NCBI GenBank assembly: GCA_000091205.1
Contig: AP006494.2
Direction: 5' to 3' (one strand)
DNA from: Cyanidioschyzon merolae
Taxonomy: Eukaryota
Length of the DNA: 64,000 nucleotides
Both the position numbers and the translations under genes were made by a program. This document shows positions 10,686 to 20,376 of the stretch, one piece after another (within the stretch, counting starts at the first letter, position 1; each line of letters begins with the position of its first letter). The notes beneath the pieces were generated by a model. It had not been told where the DNA came from. It did not search any database and saw only the letters and a list, made by a program, of their open reading frames with translations.

Positions 10686-13367
10686 TCACTGAGACGGTGC
10701 GTCTGGCGCGAATGCCTCCATTAGGGCGCGGACGCGTTCAGCATCGACACCGACCGCACGGCGTTCCTCCACGGAGTAGTGGCGATGGAGGACAGCAACA
10801 AATTCGCTTAGCACTTCTTGTACGTTTTCCCGCAAGATCTCGGTCAGGACTCGACTTCCATGTGGTCCAAAGAGACGTTGCCAAAAATCCAGGATTTGCC
10901 GTAAAGCAACAGGTTGCGTTTCGAGGTTCGGATCGATGGGGACGCGGTCAAAACGCAGCAGAACGGTAGCCCAGATCTCTCGAACGCAATCGACCGTTGC
11001 AGTAGTGCCAGCTTCCCCCTTCAGAGCGGCAACATTGCTGGATGCCGCCACCTCAGCGAGAAAAACAAGTAGAGGCTGTAAAAGTTCTCGAAGTGCACGA
11101 AATACCACAGCTTCGTATGCAGCTCGGAGCTCGTCTCTTAAAGTTTCCTTCGAGTTGAGGTCCATACGTTTTGGAATGAGGTCTCGCACAGAGCCGAACA
11201 GATGACGAAGACTCACCTGACCTCGAATGATACGGGAAACCCCTGCGCGGAATTCGTCAAACGATAAATATCGGAGTTGTCGCTCTTGATCCACGATATC
11301 GAGTTGCTCAAAGAGCATAAGATTTTGGTGCAAAATCAGCAGCTGCTTGAGATAGAAAAGCTCCGCACTGTCACTGGTGGCGGCATGCGGATCCAGACGA
11401 GGCGAACTCAGCGGGCTGCGTTGGACACTGCCCTGTGTTTGACCAGGCGCCGAGGCTTTTCGCAAACTCGCTAGCGCTAACACGGAACTCTTGTCGGGTT
11501 CAAGGCTCTCTCTAGAAGCCGGCGGCTCTAGCAATGCAAGCCTCCTAGCTGCCGTTTGCAGATTTCGAATACAAGCTTCGATGGCCTCTCGGGCGAGACC
11601 CGCGAACACCAGGGCGTCAATGCGACCATGGAGAAGTGCCAAAACCTGAAGCGTAAGCAGTGTTGCTCGATAGACCGCCGACGACGGTGTACTAGTCACT
11701 GGCTGCGTGTTAGGGCCCTCCAGTGACAACTGCTGTGGCCCATGTCCCCGATTAGGACGTTGGAAATGAGCGTAGAGAGCCTGCAGGTCTCCGTCTGATG
11801 GCTGAAAACGGAGAATTTGATCACGAATGAATAACTGCGCTCGATAGATTGTGCGCTCACGGGTGTCCGCCAATAACGAAGTAACCGGCTCTGTAAAGCA
11901 TGACGCAACCAGATCTGAAGTCGAACGCGAAAGCTCAGTTTCCATCGCTTCTTTCTGCAGAAAATCAATGCATCGAACGAGCGCGTCAAGATCACTTTCC
12001 TGCAGCACTCGCGGCAGAATGTAGATCGAGATAAGGTCAGCGATTGATCGCAGCCACTGACGGAGCGCAGATAAGGGTTGCGCTTTTGCCCCAAGAGATA
12101 CACGAAGCAGCATATCCTGGGTAGTCTCGGATGAGGGCAGCATCAGAGCCTGAAAGAGCTGGAGCTCCATGGTACAAACTTTAAGCAGCATCGTCGTTGT
12201 CGAACGTGCTGCGAGATCCAGCTCTTCAGCGCTTGCAGCAAGTCGTGCCTGCTCTTGGGCCAGCGGAAGCACGAGTCGTCGTCGTTGCTCCACAAAAAGC
12301 ATCTCGCATTTTGCGAAGAACTGCATGGTCTCAGGAGAATCGGCGGGTGCCAGGTTACAGATGGCATCCATGAACTGGCGAGTCTGCTTGCTTAGCTGCC
12401 GGAAGCGAAGGTTGACGATTGCATCTTCGCGATCAGGAGCTTGTAGCCGTCGCTGGTCGGCAGGTAATCGGGAAAGCTCCATAGCAAGGCCTGACGTTAG
12501 GTGTCTCACCAGGACTCCAAGATGCGAACAAGTGAGCTCTCGCGCTCGCTGCAGGATTTTTTCGAGCCGGTCATGTTCCGTGGCGCTCCAAACGCTGTTG
12601 CTGCTGTTGCTGCTCCCGTGTGCTGCAGCCAGTTCCGCTGAGTGTGCGAGAGCACCGCTGTGCTGCATACGCTCCTGGCACATACCCAACGCAACGAGCA
12701 CGTCGTGAATATCGTTACCTACACCGTCCGCATCCAACGAAGAGGTTCGAAGCGAGGCCATCTCGACCGTATCCAGCTTCTGACTTAAGCGCTCCAATTC
12801 TTCCCATAACTCCAAGCGCTCACGCATGCTTTGTGCTTTTCGTTCCAGCACCGTCTTCTTTGTGTACGCGTCCTTGAGTGTAGCTCGAAACATCGAGAGA
12901 TCTTTTTGTGCTTGCGTGCAGCGAGTCTCCATTTCCTCAAGAGTGGTTAGGAAACTTTGTACTTGCTCGAGGGCGTTCCGCACTCTCTCCAGATCCACTT
13001 CTATGTCGTGCTGAATGCGTTCGAGAGCGCTGCGTCGTACGTCCTCTAGCTGTAGATCAATCACGTCGAGTTCGGTGCCGAGAGCCGATTCTTGTTCAGG
13101 CGTAAAGTCTCCGGATGTATCCGCTCGGAAAACGCTTGATTCCTGATCATCTTCTGCGACTGTTTCGAAGAAATCGGCCCTGCTGAAGAGCTCACGCGCC
13201 CTCAGGAACAGTTGCTCTTGAGTCTCGCGTAGTGCGGGGTCCCCGTCGTAGACGGCATCAAGAGACTCCCACCGCGCGAAGGTATCCTCTGCAACTTTCA
13301 TACAAGCAGCAAGCGGTGGAAAAGTTTCTCCTAACCTTGAAACGCGAAGGAACTGAAATATTGGCAA
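10686..13367 (-). CDS. Large coiled-coil protein, possibly a COG3/Sec34-like Golgi tethering complex subunit (identity uncertain)
   Basis: This is an 893-aa uninterrupted ORF. Its N-terminal coiled-coil segment ...CTQAQKDLSMFRATLKDAYTKKTVLERKAQSMRERLELWEELERLSQKLD... resembles the Sec34 domain pattern (CE.LL.EQ..L.....L.YFEELE.I..RLN). The rest is helical-repeat-like. Confidence 0.4.
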   Translation of the reverse strand: MPIFQFLRVSRLGETFPPLAACMKVAEDTFARWESLDAVYDGDPALRETQEQLFLRARELFSRADFFETVAEDDQESSVFRADTSGDFTPEQESALGTELDVIDLQLEDVRRSALERIQHDIEVDLERVRNALEQVQSFLTTLEEMETRCTQAQKDLSMFRATLKDAYTKKTVLERKAQSMRERLELWEELERLSQKLDTVEMASLRTSSLDADGVGNDIHDVLVALGMCQERMQHSGALAHSAELAAAHGSSNSSNSVWSATEHDRLEKILQRARELTCSHLGVLVRHLTSGLAMELSRLPADQRRLQAPDREDAIVNLRFRQLSKQTRQFMDAICNLAPADSPETMQFFAKCEMLFVEQRRRLVLPLAQEQARLAASAEELDLAARSTTTMLLKVCTMELQLFQALMLPSSETTQDMLLRVSLGAKAQPLSALRQWLRSIADLISIYILPRVLQESDLDALVRCIDFLQKEAMETELSRSTSDLVASCFTEPVTSLLADTRERTIYRAQLFIRDQILRFQPSDGDLQALYAHFQRPNRGHGPQQLSLEGPNTQPVTSTPSSAVYRATLLTLQVLALLHGRIDALVFAGLAREAIEACIRNLQTAARRLALLEPPASRESLEPDKSSVLALASLRKASAPGQTQGSVQRSPLSSPRLDPHAATSDSAELFYLKQLLILHQNLMLFEQLDIVDQERQLRYLSFDEFRAGVSRIIRGQVSLRHLFGSVRDLIPKRMDLNSKETLRDELRAAYEAVVFRALRELLQPLLVFLAEVAASSNVAALKGEAGTTATVDCVREIWATVLLRFDRVPIDPNLETQPVALRQILDFWQRLFGPHGSRVLTEILRENVQEVLSEFVAVLHRHYSVEERRAVGVDAERVRALMEAFAPDAPSQ

Positions 13368-15101
13368 CGAAGCACAGGCTCACCGTGAAAGAAGCACCGG
13401 GTTTCGCACGAGCGACGTGGTCCTTACTCGCGTCGGATTGAAATGCATCACTAAACTGCTCGTTCCGTTCCAGATTTGCGTTTTTTCTCCGAATTTTTTT
13501 TATAGATCTATAGCATATACACTCGAAGTGCAGCAATTGGGACTTGCGAACTTCCACGTCGATTTAGAATTCGCGGTCGTCTTTGCATGGTGGCAGCTTC
13601 GATTCTTTGCCTTTGGAATTCGGTACGTCCCAGGAATCAAGATGATTTGCGACTCCCTCAAGGAAGGATGCGTGAAATAACCGATATCATCATCAATGCA
13701 TGCGTGAACGTCTCCGCTAATCTCCTTTCTTTACGCGTAGCACGCCCAAATCCTGAATTCTAAAGCTTATGCATTTTTCTGTTTCAGGGCAAATAATGAG
13801 TGCTGCAATTCGTGCCGCTCCATGTGCAAAGAAAAACGCCCAAAGTCCTCACTTGATTACTTGTTCATAATCACATACTAAAAGTTAACTGAGCTTATTA
13901 AGTCAAAGAGTCGATACCATTCAAAAGACAAATCCTCTTCTCTTCGCGCCCATTAAAGAAACGGTATTCGGTATCAGCGTGATATCCCTCATCGGATAGG
14001 CCCCAGAGGATCCCGCCCTGTCTGTTTCCATGGAAAAAAATCATGAACTCGGTCTCCAGTCATCCCAGCGTTCGCCTTCAGTGGCGACCGCGTCACTACT
14101 TCGGAAGACGGGAGCTTAGATGGACCGAAACTTCGCGACATGATCTCCAGCCTGGATTTTCATTCCGGTACATGTTTCAGTATGGACAGCATCGCGCTCC
14201 ATGAATCCTCTGTCGAATGGGGCAGCGTGCGCCTCCACCTGCAGCAGACAAAGCAGCCGCCGGGGCCAACTTCCAGACGATGCCCGTAATCGTAGGGTAC
14301 GGCACTGGGCGCGGAAGCGGAGCAGCATATCCTGGGAAGCCTTCTGTGCCTGTCAGGGGCATGCACCGATCCATGAAGCAGGCGTTCGCATACCACAGGC
14401 CGGAGCCCTGATGAGGAGGTATGGTGGGCGTACGGGCGCACCTGATTACGCTCAAGTGTCATCGCTGCGATGGACGCACCGAGGCTATATGGAAAGAAGA
14501 TGGAAACTTCAAGAGCAGCTTGCATCGCAACTACCGTCTGTGTATGCACCGTTTCGACTCCAGTCTGAAGCGGCAAAATCGGGGCTTAACTTTGCCAAAA
14601 ACATCCTTCCGTTGCTGACAAGAGAGCTGTAGTGAAAGGAGAGATCAGCGTGTTTGAAGCCAAAGATAAAAGGAGCAGGATGCAGTCGCAGAAAAGTCCT
14701 GCAACGGCTGGTGTTGATGACAATTGGACGAGGCCCAAACTCTAACATGTACATCTGAGTTAGAGAACTTCCATTCCATTCTGACACGATTCTATGAACG
14801 GTACGCGCTCTGTGGTATTTCGGTTTGCTCAGCGCTGTGGACCTCCGGAAATACCCACGCATGGGGTCTAAATTGGCAAACATTGTATTTCTAGGATTCA
14901 TGCACCGTCCGGACCCGTGTCCGACGACTGCTGCGGAGGCCGGCAAAATGTCGCTCTCTACTGGAAGCGGTTTCCCCCAGATCGACGGACACACGATGAA
15001 CATGACGATGCCAGGTTACAGTGAATGCGCGTGCGTTTCCGAAGCGGCTAAGAAATGTGCTCGAAAAGCGCGCATTCCGAGATGTTCAGTCATCTATACA
15101 T

Positions 15102-16010
15102 TCAGAGATCAAATACTTCAAAAGGCGGAGACTCCCAAACCTCAAATGGTCGTACATACGGTGCTGCAACAAGCAGCCGATTCATATCGAGTGCCATGAG
15201 GGTCTTATTCACTGCTTTTTCGGAAGCAGCTACGTTCAGAAGCAGATGCGCCAAAGTGCTTCGATGTATGGTTCCAAAACCGACCTTGCTTTCACTGACA
15301 ATAGCACGGCTGTCGGCGTCACCATGCTCGAGCGCGCCGGGGCGCACAATCGTATACGGCAGACCACTCTCACGGACATACTGTTCGACTCGAGATAGTT
15401 CCAGGAGAAGCGGCCTTAGTACATCAAATGCCTGCGACGGTATAGCGTCTTCAGAGTCACCGCAACCGAGTAAAGTCACGAGAACCAGTCGCGTTTTCGA
15501 TCGGGGCTCGTTCGTCTCCCCTTGCGCTCGTAGAAGGTCGATCACGACCTGGTTTTCGCGAAAGATGCTTCGTCTCCTCAGTCCTAGATCGTCATCGTTT
15601 ATCGAAAAGAGCGTTCTCGGGTTGTAGTGTTCCAGATCTGTTGCAGCGCACTCCAGAAAATCTACACCTGGACCCGGAAAGTGCAAACCAGCTCCAGCGC
15701 TGTGGCTCTCTATCGGGTCACGCGCACCGATAACACCGATAGCATCTGGCCGAAGAGATGGATCAGGTGTACGGGTCAATGCACCGACGAGCTCTTGACC
15801 AAGCGGCGAATTCGCGCCTGTGACGCAAACTCGTCCGAGTTTGCTGCGCGACTGTTGCATAGACAAACGTTGCTGGCGAGCCCGTAGCTCTCTTCGAATG
15901 CCTAGCGAATCTCGCTCTTCCAAAGCCCTAGAGATACACGGCAAAAACGCATAATGCTCTGTTCTCAACATAGGTAACGAACAAGCACAGGAACGGGAGT
16001 TGCACTTCAA
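15102..16010 (-). CDS. NAD(P)-binding Rossmann-fold protein (NAD(P)H-binding domain / atypical SDR, NmrA-like). The true start may be the internal Met at about 15860.
   Basis: The sequence VCVTGANSPLGQELVGAL is a GxxGxxG-like dinucleotide-binding motif, and LPYTIVRPGALEHGD is typical of the NAD(P)H-binding family. Confidence 0.5.
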   Translation of the reverse strand: MKCNSRSCACSLPMLRTEHYAFLPCISRALEERDSLGIRRELRARQQRLSMQQSRSKLGRVCVTGANSPLGQELVGALTRTPDPSLRPDAIGVIGARDPIESHSAGAGLHFPGPGVDFLECAATDLEHYNPRTLFSINDDDLGLRRRSIFRENQVVIDLLRAQGETNEPRSKTRLVLVTLLGCGDSEDAIPSQAFDVLRPLLLELSRVEQYVRESGLPYTIVRPGALEHGDADSRAIVSESKVGFGTIHRSTLAHLLLNVAASEKAVNKTLMALDMNRLLVAAPYVRPFEVWESPPFEVFDL

Positions 16011-16349
16011 TGAGCTCCGCAGCGCTTGCGCGTGAGATTCTCACGCGTAGCGACTTCCAGGCGGTGCGCGCTGAGAAAGACCCGCTGATCGGCACCGGCA
16101 ATGCAGACACAGAAGGCAGCGTTCTCGCTGCGAGACTCGTTCGAACAGCTTCAACGTGTTGGACCAGGTTTTCCTTATGAACAGCTTTTGTCCAGGTTCT
16201 GGTGCAAACCATGGATAGCTATGATACGTAATCTGCGGGCCGTGACATATGGGAATCATCGAAAGTACGGTTCGTAGTAAACGATAGCAAGAATCAGCCG
16301 GTGTGATATGCGAGGGACACCCTCGGCACAAAATTACGGCCTTCGACCA

Positions 16350-16885
16350 CAAAATTGTTCCACCTTCAGGTGAGTTTCATCAAGTGCGTTTTCGCGGTGT
16401 ATAGCAGACGCGTTCGAGGTGGGTTCACTCTAAGAAATAAAAAATCCATAGGAGAGATATGGGCGAAGAAGTCGGGGATCTGCTAGGGTCGGCATCGCCG
16501 GCTGCAGGAAAACACGAAGAAATCCTCTTTTCGCTGACCATGGGGCGAAAAAGAACAGCAACAAGAGCGACGATACTCGAGGGAAGGTGTTTGCCCAACG
16601 AGATGATGACGAGATTGTAGTGGCATATATGGCACGAGTATTAGGAATTTTTGCACCTGTGAATTCAGTCAGCGTCAATGCACGCATGGAGTTTGTGACC
16701 CGACACTTCAACGATGCTATTGGTATCAGACGATGTATGGTGCTAAAGACGAGACCCTAGGACCTGCCACGATCCATCTTTGTGGGGCAGCCTCTCAGGC
16801 TCGTAGTGTGTGAGCAGAAACTGAAACGGATTGCAGGCGGTCTGTCATAAAAAGGCTGGGTGGCGTCTGTGAGTGGGTATGTTTA
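16350..16885 (+). repeat. 5'-truncated paralogous fragment (copy B) of the Fanzor/TnpB-like element family. It retains a decayed RuvC-III region and the conserved terminal about 80 bp.
   Basis: The segment 16681-16760 translates MEFVTRHFNDAIGIRRCMVLKTRP*, which matches copy A's MQFVDLDFNAGIDIRGYEVLARRP. The downstream sequence ...gaaactgaaacggattgcaggcggtctgtcataaaaaggctgggtggcgtctgtgag... aligns with 6600-6690. Upstream about 350 bp align with copy C. Confidence 0.5.
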
Positions 16886-16992
16886 TTCACTTTGTGTTCG
16901 TGGAAATGTTTCCGTTTCACTGACTGTCTTGGACCAGACATCATCCTGGGTGCTCGCATTGCGCTTCGAAAGGCCATATGACGTGATGGGGT

Positions 16993-18183
16993 CACGGCAC
17001 CGCGGAGCACTGGCACGTCCACTTGACGACCGCCACTTCGGACGGTGCGCCCTGACTCGGCCTCCACAGAGAGGCACCCCGGTGCTGCCGCATCGCCCTG
17101 CATCCACAACGGCGGCATGCAGATCGCCCCAGCCAGCGTCGCTGTGTGTGGATCGTCGCGCATGCTCGGATCGCGCGATCCGCTCGCCTTCAATGCGACA
17201 GGTGCTCCAACGCTTTGCCACGTGTCCGTTGCTGAATGCGTGCAGTCGCGATCGCCGTCACGCACGCACGCATGCACACACGCGGGCGTATGGCGGTATT
17301 GAGGCGTTTGCATTGGCGGGCGCTCTTTCTGGCACTGCAGCCGGGTCCAGCGACAGGCACGTGGCTCAGGGAGCAAGTAGTAACGCCTCACCAGCATCGA
17401 GCTTGCGACGTGCAGGAGTGTACGCGGTGCATCGATGGAGACACGCCTACGGACACGTGTGCGACATTGGACTCTGGCAGTGAGCTGGCCTAGTCAGAAT
17501 GCACTGACGGAGAGATGCAAATGCACACCTATAAAGCATGGATTTCGGCGAGCAACCAGGAGCATTTACAGTACACCACCCGAAAGATCCATGCAAGCAA
17601 ACATTTCGCAGATACTCTGGGCGGCAACCAGGAAAACTGGACGTACACACATCCAGATCATACACACAGACCTGCGTCCCGCCCAAGGCCCTAGCTCGAG
17701 ACCCCCGCCGAGTCGCCACCGCTGAGCCAGCGCGTGTGCCACCGCCGCCCCGGATCGTCCAGACGCTCGTAGCCGTGCGAGCCGAAGCAATCCCGCTGGG
17801 CCTGAACCAGCTGGCTTGAGCGCAGCACCGCCTGTCGATACGTGTCGTAGTACGAAAGGCTCGCGGTCAGCGCCGGCGCCGGCACACCCAGCGATGCCGC
17901 CAGCCCGACAACACGCCTCCAGCTCTCGTGGCGACGTCCAATCTCCGCAGCCAGGTCAGCGTCCAGCAGCAGATTCGGCAGGCTGGGGTCTCGTCGAAAA
18001 GCGCCCTCGATCCGCTCAAGCAGCTGTGCCCGAATAATGCAGCCGCCCTTCCAGATGCGCGCAAGCTCCCCGAGATCCAGCGACCAGCCCTGCTCGCAGC
18101 TCGCTCGATGCAGCAGACTGAGACCCTGCGCGTAGCTACAGAGCTTGCTGCAGAAGAGTGCGTCCTCAATAGCAGCGATCAAC
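16993..18183. repeat. Segmental duplication copy A, at least 1.2 kb and about 98% identical to 62810..64000. It covers the 3' part of the 6PGDH gene plus about 700 bp downstream. The true extent is unknown because copy B runs off the window.
   Basis: Base-by-base comparison of 16993-18183 against 62810-64000 shows only scattered mismatches. Matching ORFs have near-identical translations (16860..17483 vs 62758..63324; 17435..17725 vs 63252..63542). The duplicated block contains a (CACG/CATG)n-like microsatellite. Confidence 0.85.
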
Positions 18184-19398
18184 GCTCGCTCCGCCGATGC
18201 ATCCGAACGCGACGTCGACGCCGACGCTCGTACAGAGCCAGACGCTAGGGCGGCGACACGCTCGGGAGCTGTGTCCGGTCCAGTTTCAGCTACAGCGCCA
18301 GCGGCTCCGGGTGAGGCACCGGCGGCCGCCAACTCGGAGGCGTGCCCCGTACCCGAGAGCCGCTCGGGTCCGCGGAGCACCCGCGACGCACGCTCGCGCT
18401 CGTCCTTCCGCGCTGAGAGGAAGCGCCCGTCGAGCGCGGCAGCGATGGTCGGCACCGCCACGCCCCGCCGCAGTGCCTCCGTCATCGTCCACAGGCCAGT
18501 GCCCTTGCTCTCACTCCGGTCGAGGATTTGGTCTACGAGCGCTGGCGCCGACGCTGCCGACGAAGACGTGTCAGGCACGCGTAGAATGCGCGCGGTAATC
18601 TCCACGAGGAAGCTTTGCAGGGCGCCCGCGTTCCACGAGGCAAATACTTCCGCAGCCGCCATCGCATCCAAGCCAACGGCACCCCGAAGCAGGTCGTATG
18701 CCTCGCCGATCAGCTGCATATCGCCGTACTCGATCCCGTTGTGCACCATCTTCACATAGTTCCCCGAGCCGCCCGGCCCAATGTAGGTAACGCACGGCCC
18801 AGAGCCGGGTACCTGCGCCGCAACCTGCTCCAGCAGCGGCGCAAGCTGCTGGTACGCCTCCCGTGAACCGCCCGGCATCAGGGAAGGCCCGTAGCGCGCA
18901 CCCTCCTCGCCACCGCTTACAGCCCATGCCTACGTACAGGAGGCCGCGTGCCGCGACAGACGCAGCACGTCGCTCCGTATTCTCGTACCACTCGTTGCCG
19001 CCGTCCACGATGATGTCGCCCGGCTCCAGAACCTCAGCCAGCGCCTCGACGGTTGCGTCGACTGCGCTCCCCGCCTTCACCAGCAGGAATACCCGCCGCG
19101 GACGCTTCAGCGAAAGCGCAAACGACCGCAGGTCCGCAAAGCCGGTAACGCTCCCGCTGGCTGTCGTGTCATCTGCCGCGAGCTCCCGCTGCGCCCGCTC
19201 AACAGTCTCCGCCGTCCGCGCATACGTTCGATTGTACACAGAGACTCGCCAGCCGTGCGACGCTAGGTTCAGTGCAAAGTTCTGACCCATGACCGCAAGG
19301 CCAATGACACCCGCGTCCGATATTGCGCGACCTGCAGGATGTGACGACGCGCTTTCCCGGACAGCACTCGACGGAGACGAGCCCTCCGTCGCAGACAT
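17691..19398 (-). pseudogene. 6-phosphogluconate dehydrogenase (decarboxylating), disrupted by a single-base insertion (+1 frameshift) near 18912. It is either a pseudogene or an assembly error, and it also carries a roughly 45-aa low-complexity insertion.
   Basis: The N-terminal part (from the Met at 19398) reads GVIGLAVMGQNFALNLASHGWRVSVYNRT...YVGMG. It continues in another frame as VSGGEEGARYGPSLMPGG...NGIEYGDMQLIGEAY...SKGTGLWT...FCSKLCSYAQG...DCFGSHGYERLD. The junction ggcatgggcTgtaagcggtggcgag shows one extra T relative to the expected GMGVSGGEEG. Confidence 0.7.
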
Positions 19399-19959
19399 GA
19401 CGGCAGCACCACATGCTTGTGCGCGGCGGCCTCGGAGCAGGCACCAGCGAGCGCTTCGGACCAAGCTCAGGCTCCATGTCGGGTACGTACGTCTGGGTGT
19501 CCAGGAGTGCGCACGCGGAGGCGCCCAGCGTCCGAAGCGCACCGCAGCGACAGGTGCAGCGGCCCAGCACAGCGCACCGCCACTGGGACTCCGGCGAGTG
19601 CCCGCTGTCGTCGCCATCCTTGAGACGATCCACAGGTGGTTTGCGTGACCGAGGGCGGCCGGCCTGTTCACCGGGTGCGCCTCCTCGGTCTGCCGCGCTC
19701 TAGACGGGGCAGCGCGCAGCGACTGGCCGTCTGGTGCTGCTTCCGGGACTCCTCAGCTGCCGATCCTGTGCCCCGGCGCGAGCACTCGGCAACTTGACGT
19801 CTGGTGCTCGCTCAAGTCTCTCACGGTCACTACGACAACACGCACGCTCAAAAGCTGAGCACAGCGAAAAACAAAACCGATCCGCGATGCACGGGGGTGC
19901 TGCAGATCGATGCAGTCCGCGTCACGAGTTCTCGCAGTAGCACGAATACCACCGACAAT

Positions 19960-19962
<3 letters not shown>

Positions 19963-20000
<38 letters not shown>
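19963..20000. repeat. (CAG)13 microsatellite
   Basis: A perfect run of cagcagcag... is visible. Confidence 0.9.
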
Positions 20001-20248
20001 GCAACGCAACGTACTCGGTCCACAAACAGCCGCAGTCAGCGACGAATGAGCGGCTCGCTCAGTAGCTCGCAACTGCAGCTCCAGCACGAGTACGCAACGG
20101 ATCGCAGACAGCCGCCACGAGGCCGCAGCGCTACGCACAGCGCGCGACGCACCGTCAAGCGCTATCCTGCGCTGGCGGCCGTCGCCGCAGCAACGCAGGC
20201 GGATCGAATGCGCACGGGTATATATATGAATATGGAACCTCAATCATC

Positions 20249-20369
20249 ACTTGCGTTCAAACCATAGCTGGAAACACCGCGTCCCATCTCGAATCGCGAA
20301 GTTAAGCAGCATTGGGCTCTCTGAGTACTGTGATGAGGGATCGCACGGGAAACGGGAGTGACGCTAGTT
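20249..20369 (+). rRNA. 5S ribosomal RNA gene (solitary copy)
   Basis: The sequence ACCATAGCTGGAAACACCGCGTCCCATCTCGAATCGCGAAGTTAAGCAGCATTGGGCTCTCTGAGTACTGTGATGAGGGATCGCACGGGAAACGGGAGTGACGCTAGT aligns along its whole length with eukaryotic 5S consensus blocks (CACCG..TCCCATC..GAA..CGAAGTTAAGC..TTGGGC..AGTACT..GATGGG..GGGAA). It is about 121 nt long. Helix I pairs ACTTGCGT with ACGCTAGT with one T/T mismatch. Confidence 0.8.
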
Positions 20370-20372
20370 CGC

Positions 20373-20376
20373 TTTT
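20373..20376 (+). terminator. Pol III T4 terminator immediately downstream of the 5S gene
   Basis: A TTTT run begins 3 nt after the predicted 5S 3' end. Confidence 0.5.

Noticed and set aside
12169-12708. Long antisense ORFs inside GC-rich genes, for example 12169..12708 opposite the COG3-like gene, 49930..50838 opposite CarB, and 18145..18759 opposite 6PGDH
   Set aside because: They lie entirely within confidently identified genes on the other strand, have low-complexity Arg/Ala/Ser-rich translations, and are the expected by-product of high GC content.
18905-18920. GTAAG at the 6PGDH frameshift site read as an intron donor
   Set aside because: The conserved residues VSGGEEGARYGPSL follow immediately in the +1 frame with no intervening sequence, so a 1-bp insertion is the parsimonious explanation.
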